In this document: piece after piece, positions 36,577 through 46,570 of the stretch
How positions within the stretch are numbered: position 1 is the first letter of the stretch
Layout of the letters: each line of letters opens with the position of its first letter
NCBI GenBank assembly: GCA_964363305.1
Contig: CAYIHX010000016.1
Coordinates: 6,824 to 70,823, forward strand
Length of the DNA stretch: 64,000 nt
DNA from: an uncultured Bacteriovoracaceae bacterium
GTDB taxonomy: Bacteria > Bdellovibrionota > UBA1018
Direction of reading: 5' to 3'
Notes under the pieces: model-generated
What the model was told of the DNA's origin: nothing
The model's database searches: none
What the model saw: the letters and a program-made list of their open reading frames with translations, nothing else
Program-made: the position numbers and the translations under genes

Positions 36577-37242
36577 ATGTCGCTGACCCCGAAACAAAAA
36601 GAAATCCTCGACTACATCGAGAGCTTCGCTGCGGAACATGGATATGCCCCCTCCCAGCAAGAAATCGCTCAGCACTTCGGTTTTCGATCATTGGGGACCG
36701 TGCAGAACTACCTGGTCCGCCTCACTCGCCATGGGTTCTTGAAAAAGACCCTCAATGCGCGACGAGGCGCCCAAGTCGTTGGCAACCCGACGAACGTGGA
36801 TCACCACACCACACCCTCCGCCACCTCTGCGTTGGCCGGGTCGGTCCCCCTCCCTCTCCTTGGACGAGTCGCTGCAGGACGGCCCATCGAAGCCGTCCTG
36901 CAGCTCGAGATGCTCGACGTTCCCACGACGATGCTGAAAGGGCCGAGCAGCGCTCATTTTGTCCTTCAGGTAAAGGGCGACTCGATGAGAGATGACGGAA
37001 TTTTCGATGGTGATTTTGTCGTGATTCGGAAAACAGATCATGCTGAAAACGGGCAAACCGTCGTTGCCCTCGTCAACAGCGAGGCCACCTTGAAAAAGTT
37101 TTTTCAACGCGGAAGTCGAATTGAGCTTCACCCCGCGAATCCTGCCTACCAGCCCTTCGTTTTTGAAGAAAACTCTGATGAGAGTTTTCAGTTCAAAGTG
37201 GAAGGAATTTGTACCGGGCTGATTCGCAAGTTCGATCACTGA
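36577..37242 (+). CDS. lexA: LexA repressor (SOS regulator, S24 peptidase)
   Basis: MSLTPKQKEILDYIESFAAEHGYAPSQQEIAQHFGFRSLGTVQNYL (wHTH), an A-G cleavage region, and the catalytic VKGDSMRDDGIFDGDFVVIRK ... LKKF (Ser/Lys dyad). Confidence 0.9.
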   Translation: MSLTPKQKEILDYIESFAAEHGYAPSQQEIAQHFGFRSLGTVQNYLVRLTRHGFLKKTLNARRGAQVVGNPTNVDHHTTPSATSALAGSVPLPLLGRVAAGRPIEAVLQLEMLDVPTTMLKGPSSAHFVLQVKGDSMRDDGIFDGDFVVIRKTDHAENGQTVVALVNSEATLKKFFQRGSRIELHPANPAYQPFVFEENSDESFQFKVEGICTGLIRKFDH

Positions 37243-37308
37243 CGCAGGCAACGCAGTCAAAAACGTGACCTCAAAAAAGCTCGAACAAGGGCTAGGGAGG
37301 GCTTTACC

Positions 37309-37845
37309 TTGCAGAACGTACTCCAAAACAAAGGGGAACTCATTCCCTTCTCCCGAGAAAAGCGGCCGACCCTCTCCGAACTTCGAGAACTCCCAGGGCT
37401 GATCCAGGTGCCCCTCGAGGAGAACACCCTGGCCTGCTCCAAAGTCTCTGGAGGTATCCCGCGGGGTGCCATCACAGAAATCGCCCACAGCAACGGGAGC
37501 GGACGCACTCAAGTCTTCTTGCAACTCCTCCGAGAACATCCCCCTCTTCGCGCTGCCTGGGTTGAGCGCGAGCTGAGCCTGAACCCGGCTGCGCTGCCGC
37601 TTGAGGGGATCGACGTCGATCGTCTCTTTTTTGTCGAAGGAGGAGACCACCTCCTCTGGTCGACTCAGCAGCTTCTCCGGAGCCAACTTTTCCCCATTGT
37701 CGTGCTCGAGCGGGGTCAGAAATCTTTTTCTGACCAAGATCTTCGCCGCCTGCAAATCTTGGCGCATCAGGGCAATACGGCCCTTTTACTGATGAGCGAG
37801 CGGCCCATGCTTCGCGCATCTTGGGTCTTCCGGAGGAAAGCATGA
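37309..37845 (+). CDS. imuA: ImuA-like (RecA/SulA-fold) protein of the imuA-imuB-dnaE2 mutagenesis cassette
   Basis: Position directly between lexA and imuB. GGIPRGAITEIAHSNGSGRTQVFLQLL is a RecA-like P-loop-ish segment. 178 aa is short for ImuA, so the start may lie upstream. Confidence 0.55.
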   Translation: MQNVLQNKGELIPFSREKRPTLSELRELPGLIQVPLEENTLACSKVSGGIPRGAITEIAHSNGSGRTQVFLQLLREHPPLRAAWVERELSLNPAALPLEGIDVDRLFFVEGGDHLLWSTQQLLRSQLFPIVVLERGQKSFSDQDLRRLQILAHQGNTALLLMSERPMLRASWVFRRKA

Positions 37846-39302
37846 TGACCACCGACAGTCTCACCGATATCAACTCCGGAGCCGTCATTCCAAGGGTCCG
37901 GGCACCTCGAACGGTTGCTCTTTTCTTCTTCCCTCAGATCGAACCGGCGTTACAAAACAGAATCGCCGAGGCCTGCATTCGATTTACGCCCCAAGTGGCG
38001 GTTCGAAAAAATGAAGCGATTTTTCTAGAAATCAGTCGCTGTAAAAATCTCTATACGGAAGAGGCACTCATTCGGAGAATTCAAAGCCTGATCAAACGTT
38101 TTGATCCCCTGCTCATTCAAAGGACAAGAATCGCATTCGCTCAAGACGCCGCTACGGCCCTGGCCTGTGCTCGTCATCAAATGAGGCACCCAGAACGGCT
38201 TCCCCTCGAAGCTTTTTCTGACTATCTCAGCCCATTCAAGTTTGACCAAGAACTCACCAAGAAATGCGCAACCATCTTTTCATCCCTTCATAAGTTGGGA
38301 ATCCAAAACCTTGGGCAATTCATTCAACTCCCCCTCCGATCCCTTCCTTCTCGCTTCTCGAAGGAGGGGCTGCGAATCAGCGAACGCGTCCGAATGGCCT
38401 TTCATGAAGGCCTCGGAGATGCCTGGCCTGTGTTTCATCCGCCGGAGATCATCGAAGAGTTTGCCGATCTGTTTCAGGTTGAAACCCTCGATGCATGCAA
38501 CACCCAGGAGATCTTGCTGTTTGCCCTTCGGCCCGCACTCGAACGACTCGCGGCCCGGCTCCATGCAAGAGGACTGCGCGTCACGGCTTTGGAGCTGCGG
38601 TTTGAATTGCTCCGTCGCGTCGGCCAGAGCCTGACCGAACGCAGCTGGCGCATCGACCTCCCGCTTCCGCAGGGAGGCGCGCGGGGACTCTTTCAAATTT
38701 TGCGGGACCGACTCGGAAACGAGCTGAGCCAAAACCCTCTCGCGGCACCGGTGAATCGACTCCACCTAAAAATAGTCGAAACGATGCCCGGCGCTGGTGC
38801 GCAGAAGGACTTTTTTCATCACCAGGAAGAAGAGGTGGAGGATTTTTCGTCTTTGGTTTCCCGGCTGACCGCCAAGCTGGGCGCCTTGAAAGTGTTTCAC
38901 GCTGAACTCGTCAGTAGCCATCGCCCTGAAGCGGCTTGGCAAAAAACCCTCAAACCCTGGAAGGACAAATCGATGACCCCCAAAGGACTCACCCTCAATC
39001 GCAGCTCGCTTCACTCTCTTTTTTCCGAGCGGCCGAATCGACTTCTCAAAAAACCGGTAAAACTGGTGATTGTCGGAGACTGGCTGATCACAAATGAAGC
39101 GCAAAACGAAACGGAGAACCGCTGGCAAGCCTTCGAATGGTCTGGCCCTGAACGCGTGAGCGGAGAGTGGTGGGAACGCCGGGAAGACGGGCGTTCGGGA
39201 TTCAAGCGAGACTACTACCGGGTCACCTCGATCAATGGCGAACAGCTTTGGGTCTACCAGACGCCACAGGACGAATTCTTTCTCCATGGCTACTTTGATT
39301 GA
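37821..39302 (+). CDS. imuB: ImuB (inactive Y-family polymerase-like protein)
   Basis: N-terminal UmuC-like fold (VALFFFPQIEPALQN...AIFLEISRCKNLY) lacking the catalytic acidic triad pattern. Overlaps imuA and abuts dnaE2. Confidence 0.7.
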   Translation: MGLPEESMMTTDSLTDINSGAVIPRVRAPRTVALFFFPQIEPALQNRIAEACIRFTPQVAVRKNEAIFLEISRCKNLYTEEALIRRIQSLIKRFDPLLIQRTRIAFAQDAATALACARHQMRHPERLPLEAFSDYLSPFKFDQELTKKCATIFSSLHKLGIQNLGQFIQLPLRSLPSRFSKEGLRISERVRMAFHEGLGDAWPVFHPPEIIEEFADLFQVETLDACNTQEILLFALRPALERLAARLHARGLRVTALELRFELLRRVGQSLTERSWRIDLPLPQGGARGLFQILRDRLGNELSQNPLAAPVNRLHLKIVETMPGAGAQKDFFHHQEEEVEDFSSLVSRLTAKLGALKVFHAELVSSHRPEAAWQKTLKPWKDKSMTPKGLTLNRSSLHSLFSERPNRLLKKPVKLVIVGDWLITNEAQNETENRWQAFEWSGPERVSGEWWERREDGRSGFKRDYYRVTSINGEQLWVYQTPQDEFFLHGYFD

Positions 39303-42300
39303 ACTCTTCCTATGCTGAGCTGCAGGCCAAAACCTGCTTCTCCTTCCTCTCCGGCGCCTCACATCCTTCCGAAATGGTGGAGCGCGCAGCAGAACTCGGG
39401 CTGCGCGCGCTCGCCATCACGGATCTCAATGGAGTCTACGCGCTCCCCAAAGCCTTTCGCCAAGCCAAGCAGCACACAGAAGTCAAGCTGATCAGCGGCG
39501 CAGAACTCACTCTTCGGGATCACCCACCGATCAGCTTTCTGGCAAAAAATCGAGCAGGCTATGGTCTTCTCTGCCGCATGATCACCCGCGCACACGAAGG
39601 AAAGCCCAAGGGCAGGGCTTTTTTGGAATGGCACGAGATCTTGAGCTTCCTCGAACTTCCTGCTTCAGAGAGTCTCATCGTGATTCCCAGTACCCGGCTG
39701 GATACGCTGGATCAAATTCAGTGGCGGGACCTCCGCGAACGCGCTGCCGATCGCATCCATCTTCCACTTCAGAGATTGCTCGACGGGCGAGACCGCTTAC
39801 GCGCCGAACGAGTGCTCGCGCTTTCTCAGGAAAGTAACTTTCCGGTCTTTGCCAGCAACGACGCACATTACCACATCGGGGAGAGACGGATGCTCCATGA
39901 TGTTTTGACCGCGACTCGAGTGCGCTCTTCTCTTCGAGAATCCGGCCGAAGTCTTTTCTCAAACGCCGAGCGCCACCTGAAGAGTCCTCAACAAATGGCG
40001 CGCCTTTTTTCTGACCTCCCCCACTGCCTCGAAAACAGTCTACAGATCGCGGACCAATGCTCCTTCTCGCTCAGCGAGCTACGCTACTTTTACCCTTCCG
40101 AGTGGATCCCCCCCCATTTCGATGCTTCCTCCTACTTGCGGCATCTCGTCGAGCAGGGCGAAAAAATGAGATACCCCGCCGGAACTCCCGCCAACGTTCA
40201 AAAACAGATTCAGCATGAGCTCAAACTCATCTCTGAGTTGAAATTCGCAGACTACTTTCTCACGATCTGGGAAATTGTCGATTTTGCCAGAAACCGAAAC
40301 ATTCTTTGTCAGGGGCGCGGATCAGCGGCGAATTCCATCGTCTGCTACTGCCTGGGCATCACGTCGGTTGATCCCGTTCGAATGGATCTTCTATTCGAGA
40401 GATTTATTTCGGCTGAACGCGGCGAACCCCCAGATATTGACGTCGACTTTGAACACGAACGCCGCGAGGAAGTCCTCCAACACGTCTATTCAAAGTATGG
40501 ACGGGACCGCGCCGGAATGGTGGCCGCGATCATCACGTATCGAAGTCGACTCGCCATGCGAGAGGTTCATAAGGCGCTTGAGCTGGTAGCGCCAGCACCT
40601 CCGTCCGACCCTAGAACTGCCGTAGCCGCACGACTCGCTGATGACCTCCATGGTTTTCCACGACATCTGTCGATTCACTCCGGTGGCTTCACGCTGTCCG
40701 CTCTGCCCATCATCGAGACCGTTCCCATTGAGCCGGCCCGCATGGAGGGACGCACCATCGTTCAATGGGATAAAGAAGATCTTGAGATCGTCGGTCTCCT
40801 CAAGGTTGACCTTCTCTCTCTGGGCATACTCAGCGCCATCCGAAAAACGCTCGCGCTGATTCCAGGAATGACTTTTTCTACCATCCCGGCGGAAGACCCG
40901 GCCACCTACTCCATGATTCAGAGGGCCGATACGGTTGGAACCTTCCAAATCGAATCGCGGGCGCAGATGAGCATGCTTCCGCGCCTGAAGCCCAAAACGT
41001 TCTACGATCTGGTGATCCAAGTTGCGATTGTGCGGCCCGGGCCGATTCAAGGCGGCATGGTCCATCCCTATCTGAGGCGTCGACGCGGCGAGGAGCCCAT
41101 CGACATGCCTCACCCTCTACTTCAGCCCATCCTGGGAAGAACGCTGGGCGTTCCGATTTTTCAGGAGCAAGTGATGAAGATGGCCATCGTCCTCGCTCGC
41201 TTCACGCCGGGAGAGGCCGATCAGCTGCGGCGGGCCATCGGGGCCTGGAGATCCAGCGGAGAAATCGATCGGCTCGGTCGAAAGCTCATGGAGCGTCTTC
41301 TTGAAGCGGGCCTCCCTCAGGAGTTCGTGGATCGAATTTTCAAACAGATCCACGGGTTTGCGGAGTATGGCTTCCCGGAATCTCACGCGGCCTCCTTCGC
41401 GCTCATCGCCTACGCATCCGCCTATCTCAAATGCCACCATCCGACTGAATTTGCCTGTGGCCTGATCAACTCCCAACCCATGGGCTTCTATTCGAACGCG
41501 ACTCTGGTGCATGATGCAAAACGGCATGGCTCCCGGATTCTTCCCGTTCATCCCCATCTTTCTGAATGGGACTGCGTAATGGAAGAAGGCGCGCTTCGCC
41601 TCGGCTTCCGTGTTGTAAACGGCCTCGGAGCGGAGGATGCGAAAGCCCTCATCGAAAAAAGGAAGCAACAACCCTTTCGGAACCTTCCTGATTTCGTCTC
41701 TCGGACCCAACTCCGACTTTCCGTACTCCAGGCGCTTGCACTGAGTGGTGCCTTTCTCTGCTTCGGGAGAGAGCCTCGCGATGCGCTTTGGGATGTGCTG
41801 GCCTACACCTCCGATCTACTGAAGGATGACCCACGGGATTCCTCCCCAGAGAGGCAGCTCAGTCTTTTTTCAAAAGCCCCTGAATCCTGGATTTCTGCCG
41901 AGCCAAACCTGAAATTCAGCAGTCTCTCCTACCCAGAGACCCTCCAGGCGGATTACACGGCCTATTCACTTTCTACTCAGGGCCACCCCATGAGCGCGCT
42001 TCGGCTTCAACGCCCGGACCTTCCAGGCGCGACTTCACAGTGGCTCAAAGCGCGCGGAACCAACGGTCAACGGATCTCGCTCGCGGGGATGGTCATCATC
42101 CGCCAAAGGCCCCCGACCGCCAAAGGCACTTGCTTTGCCACGCTTGAGGACGAGCACGGATTCATTGATCTGATCTTTCATGCTTCGATCTATGAGAAAT
42201 TCGAAGAGACCTTTTGGAGAGCTTCCTTTTTCATCGTCACGGGCTCACTCCAGGTGGACGGTCACGCGATCAGCCTGATCGTGAAGAACCTCCAGCCCGC

Positions 42301-42304
42301 CTGA
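39299..42304 (+). CDS. dnaE2: Error-prone DNA polymerase DnaE2 (PHP, Pol III alpha core, OB fold)
   Basis: N-terminal PHP (YAELQAKTCFSFLSGASHPSEMVERAAELGLRALAITD), Pol III alpha catalytic motifs (GRGSAANSIVCYCLGIT, PDIDVDF), ~1000 aa without tau-binding tail. Confidence 0.85.
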   Translation: MNSSYAELQAKTCFSFLSGASHPSEMVERAAELGLRALAITDLNGVYALPKAFRQAKQHTEVKLISGAELTLRDHPPISFLAKNRAGYGLLCRMITRAHEGKPKGRAFLEWHEILSFLELPASESLIVIPSTRLDTLDQIQWRDLRERAADRIHLPLQRLLDGRDRLRAERVLALSQESNFPVFASNDAHYHIGERRMLHDVLTATRVRSSLRESGRSLFSNAERHLKSPQQMARLFSDLPHCLENSLQIADQCSFSLSELRYFYPSEWIPPHFDASSYLRHLVEQGEKMRYPAGTPANVQKQIQHELKLISELKFADYFLTIWEIVDFARNRNILCQGRGSAANSIVCYCLGITSVDPVRMDLLFERFISAERGEPPDIDVDFEHERREEVLQHVYSKYGRDRAGMVAAIITYRSRLAMREVHKALELVAPAPPSDPRTAVAARLADDLHGFPRHLSIHSGGFTLSALPIIETVPIEPARMEGRTIVQWDKEDLEIVGLLKVDLLSLGILSAIRKTLALIPGMTFSTIPAEDPATYSMIQRADTVGTFQIESRAQMSMLPRLKPKTFYDLVIQVAIVRPGPIQGGMVHPYLRRRRGEEPIDMPHPLLQPILGRTLGVPIFQEQVMKMAIVLARFTPGEADQLRRAIGAWRSSGEIDRLGRKLMERLLEAGLPQEFVDRIFKQIHGFAEYGFPESHAASFALIAYASAYLKCHHPTEFACGLINSQPMGFYSNATLVHDAKRHGSRILPVHPHLSEWDCVMEEGALRLGFRVVNGLGAEDAKALIEKRKQQPFRNLPDFVSRTQLRLSVLQALALSGAFLCFGREPRDALWDVLAYTSDLLKDDPRDSSPERQLSLFSKAPESWISAEPNLKFSSLSYPETLQADYTAYSLSTQGHPMSALRLQRPDLPGATSQWLKARGTNGQRISLAGMVIIRQRPPTAKGTCFATLEDEHGFIDLIFHASIYEKFEETFWRASFFIVTGSLQVDGHAISLIVKNLQPA

Positions 42305-42346
42305 TTTCCTCTTCTCGCATCTTCGGAAAGCCACTAAAGTACCTTC

Positions 42347-44365
42347 ATGAAGACCAGCGACCCGAAGTTCGCCGAAGCGATTCTTACCGGAATTCCCCCA
42401 GAACTCCCCCCGCGACGCCCCCTCGATACCAGCGTGAGTCACGCTCCCAAAAGAAGAGAGATCCTCACTCCGGACGAAAAACGCCTGGCCGTCCGGAATG
42501 CCCTCCGCTATTTCGATCATCGTCACCATGAAGTGCTCGCGAAAGAGTTCGCGGCCGAGCTCAATGCCCATGGTCGAATCTACATGCATCGTTTTCGCCC
42601 CGCCTACGAGATGCACGCCCGGCCTTGGGATGAATATCCGCATCGCTCACAGCAGGCCGCGGCGATCATGCTCATGTTGCAGAACAACCTCGACCCCGCC
42701 GTCGCGCAACACCCACACGAGCTCATCACCTACGGTGGAAACGGCAGCGTCTTCCAGAACTGGGCGCAGTACCTTCTGACGATTCAATATCTCGCTACCA
42801 TGACGGACGAACAAACCTTGGTGCTCTACTCAGGACACCCGCTCGGTCTCTTTCCCTCCCATCCCGAGGCACCCCGAGTCGTCGTCACCAACGGGATGAT
42901 GATTCCAAACTACTCGAAACCAGATGACTGGGAACGATTCAACGCACTGGGCGTCACTCAATATGGTCAGATGACGGCCGGCTCTTTCATGTATATCGGT
43001 CCGCAGGGAATCGTCCACGGCACCACCATCACCGTGCTGAACGCCGGACGCATGTTTCAAAAGGACAAGGGCTCCCTCGCTGGAAAAATCTTCGTCTCCT
43101 CTGGCTTAGGCGGCATGTCGGGCGCGCAGGCAAAGGCGGCCGTCATCGCCGGGGCCATCGGCGTCATCGCGGAGATCGATCCCAACGCGGTAGAAAAACG
43201 CCACACTCAGGGGTGGGTTGACGAAGTGTATTCCGACCTCGCGGAGCTCGTCGACCGAGTGGAGACGGCAAAAGCCAGAAAAGAAGCTGTTTCGTTGGCC
43301 TATCGGGGCAACATCGTCGATCTCTGGGAGTTCTTTGCGGCCAACTCTATTGATGTCGCACTCGGCTCGGATCAAACCTCGCTCCATAACCCCTGGGCGG
43401 GCGGCTACTACCCTGCCGGACTCAGCTTTGAAGCTTCTCAAAGTCTGATGACTGAAAACCCCGCCGCCTTCAAAACCGCCGTGCAAGATTCTCTGCGACG
43501 GCAAATCAAGGCCATCGACCTGCTGTGCGAGCGAGGAATGTATTTCTTTGATTACGGAAATGCCTTTCTGCTCGAAGCTTCGCGCGCTGGGGCGCCCATC
43601 GTCCGGCCTGATGGTACCTTTCGATATCCTTCCTACGTGCAAGACATTCTCGGCCCACTCTGCTTCGATTACGGTTTCGGGCCCTTCCGCTGGGTATGCG
43701 CAAGCTCTGAGGAATCCGATCTCGTCGCCACTGATCGCATCGCCGCCGAAACCCTTGAACGCCTCCTGCAAACTGCTCCGCCGGAAATTCAATCTCAGAT
43801 GCAAGACAACTTGAACTGGATTCGCGCCGCCAAAGAAAACAAATTGGTCATAGGCTCGAAGGCCAGGATTCTCTATGCTGACAGCGATGGACGTATCGAA
43901 ATCGCAAAAGCGTTCAACGACGCGATTCGCAAGGGCGACATTCAGGGCCCGATCGTCTTAGGGCGAGACCATCATGACGTCTCGGGGACCGACTCCCCCT
44001 TCCGCGAGACATCGAATATATACGATGGTTCTCGTTTCACTGCGGACATGGCTGTCCAAAATTTCGTGGGCGATTCCTTTCGAGGCGCTACCTGGGTTTC
44101 GCTGCATAACGGCGGCGGCGTGGGCTGGGGGGAAGTGATCAACGGAGGCTTCGGTCTGGTCCTCGACGGAAGCGTAAACGCCGAGCGCCGACTCTCCTCC
44201 CTGTTGTTTTGGGACGTCAACAATGGGATCGCGCGCAGAGGCTGGGCTCGAAATCCGGGGGCGCTCTTCGCCATCCAGAAAGCCATGGAACAAGAGCACC
44301 GCCTGAGGGTCACTCTTCCCGAACTCGTGCAGGATTCCCTCCTCAAGGATCTCTTCTCGAATTAA
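42347..44365 (+). CDS. hutU: Urocanate hydratase (urocanase), long ~670-aa form
   Basis: TYGGNGSVFQNWAQY, QYGQMTAGSFMYIGPQGIVHGTTIT, GGMSGAQAKAAVIAG and LGRDHHDVSGTDSPFRETSNI are typical urocanase motifs. Confidence 0.85.
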   Translation: MKTSDPKFAEAILTGIPPELPPRRPLDTSVSHAPKRREILTPDEKRLAVRNALRYFDHRHHEVLAKEFAAELNAHGRIYMHRFRPAYEMHARPWDEYPHRSQQAAAIMLMLQNNLDPAVAQHPHELITYGGNGSVFQNWAQYLLTIQYLATMTDEQTLVLYSGHPLGLFPSHPEAPRVVVTNGMMIPNYSKPDDWERFNALGVTQYGQMTAGSFMYIGPQGIVHGTTITVLNAGRMFQKDKGSLAGKIFVSSGLGGMSGAQAKAAVIAGAIGVIAEIDPNAVEKRHTQGWVDEVYSDLAELVDRVETAKARKEAVSLAYRGNIVDLWEFFAANSIDVALGSDQTSLHNPWAGGYYPAGLSFEASQSLMTENPAAFKTAVQDSLRRQIKAIDLLCERGMYFFDYGNAFLLEASRAGAPIVRPDGTFRYPSYVQDILGPLCFDYGFGPFRWVCASSEESDLVATDRIAAETLERLLQTAPPEIQSQMQDNLNWIRAAKENKLVIGSKARILYADSDGRIEIAKAFNDAIRKGDIQGPIVLGRDHHDVSGTDSPFRETSNIYDGSRFTADMAVQNFVGDSFRGATWVSLHNGGGVGWGEVINGGFGLVLDGSVNAERRLSSLLFWDVNNGIARRGWARNPGALFAIQKAMEQEHRLRVTLPELVQDSLLKDLFSN

Positions 44366-44458
44366 TGGCCCACCCATCGGGTCAAAAAACTGACAGATCG
44401 AAAAAACTTGGGAGATTGCCCATCCGGTGCTGTCATAGAGATTCGGAGGCTCGCGTTC

Positions 44459-45304
44459 ATGGAAGAGCGTCGGTTTCAATCTTGGGTCCCTGTTCTCATC
44501 GGAGCTATTCTCGCCCTCAGCGGGTGCGCTACGCTCAATAACCTGGGCAGGCCGAGTCCCACTTATGCGGAGCAGAAGATTCGCTGTCCCCTCGGCTCCA
44601 CGCTCGCGGGATTTCCACCGCCCATCGGTAGCGAAATCTACTGCGTCGAGAAGGATCGCGATGGTCAACTCGTACGATCCGGACCCTCGATCTCCTGGTA
44701 CTCCGAGAAAAAGAAGTACCAAGAGGGTGACTATATAGCTGATGAAAAAGATGGTCTCTGGATTTCCTGGCACGAGAACGGTCAGAAGATGGAAGAGACT
44801 CAGTTCATCCACGGAAAAAGGGAAGGCCTCTGGACGCTCTGGCTGCCCGACGGAACCAAAAAGTTCGCGGGTAATTACACGCGGGATGAAATGAACGGCG
44901 TGATGCGGGAATGGAACGAAAAAGAAATTCTCATCAAGGAGATTCCGTACCTCGCTGGAAAGAAAAATGGGCAGGGACGCATGTATCATCCGGACGGTTC
45001 GCTGCTAGCACTCGCCGACTTCGAGAACGACCAGATGCAGGGACGAGAAATTCGGTACTGGCCCAACGGTAATTCGGCCAGAGAGGCCTTTTTCAAAAAA
45101 GGCATCGTCGATGGGCAAGTGACGCAATGGCATGAGAATGGAAATGCGAAATCCGTCGCTCAAGTAAAAAATGGCCGAATTGACGGCATCGTATCCTACT
45201 GGGACCCCTCAGGAATTCCCCTTGGTGAAGCTGTCTATGAAAACGACCGCCTGATCCGTTCACATGCGGCTCCGACTCGAAATCCAAACAAAGCCGGGGA
45301 ATAA
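44459..45304 (+). CDS. Lipoprotein with MORN/YwqK-type repeats
   Basis: Lipobox LALSGCA and repeated G-x-W-x-x-W/Y-x-x-N/DG motifs (DGLWISWHENGQKMEETQFIHGKREGLWTLWLPDG...). Confidence 0.6.
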   Translation: MEERRFQSWVPVLIGAILALSGCATLNNLGRPSPTYAEQKIRCPLGSTLAGFPPPIGSEIYCVEKDRDGQLVRSGPSISWYSEKKKYQEGDYIADEKDGLWISWHENGQKMEETQFIHGKREGLWTLWLPDGTKKFAGNYTRDEMNGVMREWNEKEILIKEIPYLAGKKNGQGRMYHPDGSLLALADFENDQMQGREIRYWPNGNSAREAFFKKGIVDGQVTQWHENGNAKSVAQVKNGRIDGIVSYWDPSGIPLGEAVYENDRLIRSHAAPTRNPNKAGE

Positions 45305-45346
45305 TGAGCTTGTCATATATAACGCATTGCGTTATATATCTGCCCG

Positions 45347-46462
45347 ATGCGGCTTCCTTTCTCGCTCCTGCTCGGACTCCTCACCTGTACTGGCGCCTTC
45401 GCCCAAACACCGGGCGCCGAGTCGCTTGCTCTCAGAAAATGGACCGCGGAAACCCCATCGCTGACTCAAGCGCTCCAGAAAAATCTCCGGGATCGCGGCC
45501 TCCCCGACATCATTCTCGCGGAACCCCAACTCGGAATCGAAGAAGGACAAGTGAGAATCGACCTCCTGAATCACGACCTCCGATACCACTCGGCATTCCT
45601 CGTCCCCATTCACCTTTCGGAGCCAGAAATTCAGGAACGAATCTCTCGACTCGCCGATATCGCAGCAGATGACTTTCTAGAAAAAACTGAACGCAGAGCA
45701 GAATTAGAAAGTAGAGTCTCCGTCTCCGAGCCGTCACCTCTTCAGGGATCCCGTGGTCCCATGGTTGAAGCGGCCCCCGAGGCTGGCGCTCGCTTAGGCG
45801 TTGGAGACATGCCTATTTTTAATTTGTGGACCGAGCTGCCCGGCATTTCGGCTGGCGAAAATCGGCAATGGCTAAGAACCCGAATCGCAGTCGACGGCGC
45901 CCTGAGCAGATCCAATCAAGAACTCAGAGACGCAATCCTCGTCACTCGGCTCTCCACAACCGTCTTCAGTATTCAATTTAATCACGAAGGAACCCTCGCG
46001 GGCGCCCCCCTGTACACAGCCACTCGCTTCGACCTCGGCACGCTCGATGCCGCCATCCGCTGGGACGGCGTCGCTACAACAGGACGCATCGACGTCAACC
46101 CACTCCAAATAACGCATAGCGGCCTTCTTCAAATTCACCGCGACATCGCCCTCTATTATGAAATGAGCGTTCGGGTGGGCATGAGAGTCTTCGAAGAAGC
46201 ACTCCCCACTGTTCGCGCCGTCCTCGGCGGAAGCGCCCGGGTCGGACTGCTTTTTAATAACCAGTTTTTCATTGAAGCCTCAACCCAGGCGGCAACTGAC
46301 TTTCATGAGCAACGCTGGATGACGTTTACCGGCGCCATCGGCTGGAAACTCAGCGACAGCGTCACGCTGCTGGCAGGACTTACCCACTCGCCGGCGATCG
46401 ATCGTATGTTCGCCGGTACCGGTGGATGGTGTTTCTTTATCGGGATCACGATCATTTTCTAG
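45347..46462 (+). CDS. Secreted hypothetical protein, possibly an outer-membrane beta-barrel
   Basis: Signal peptide MRLPFSLLLGLLTCTGAFA. The C-terminal half has an alternating pattern and ends in ...FFIGITIIF. Confidence 0.45.
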   Translation: MRLPFSLLLGLLTCTGAFAQTPGAESLALRKWTAETPSLTQALQKNLRDRGLPDIILAEPQLGIEEGQVRIDLLNHDLRYHSAFLVPIHLSEPEIQERISRLADIAADDFLEKTERRAELESRVSVSEPSPLQGSRGPMVEAAPEAGARLGVGDMPIFNLWTELPGISAGENRQWLRTRIAVDGALSRSNQELRDAILVTRLSTTVFSIQFNHEGTLAGAPLYTATRFDLGTLDAAIRWDGVATTGRIDVNPLQITHSGLLQIHRDIALYYEMSVRVGMRVFEEALPTVRAVLGGSARVGLLFNNQFFIEASTQAATDFHEQRWMTFTGAIGWKLSDSVTLLAGLTHSPAIDRMFAGTGGWCFFIGITIIF

Positions 46463-46570
46463 TTCTTCCCGTCGACGAAGGCTTGGGCTATACTCAGCTC
46501 AACTATGGAACAGATCGAAACTCTGCTGGCAAAGCTGATCGCGAATCCTTTCACTCGAATTCCGTTTTTT

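Noticed and set aside
36688-37767. 359-aa minus-strand ORF
   Set aside because: Antisense to lexA and imuA. The LexA frame is unambiguous.
43958-44989. 343-aa minus-strand ORF
   Set aside because: Antisense to hutU and to the MORN lipoprotein gene. Composition is typical of opposite-strand reading of GC-rich coding DNA.
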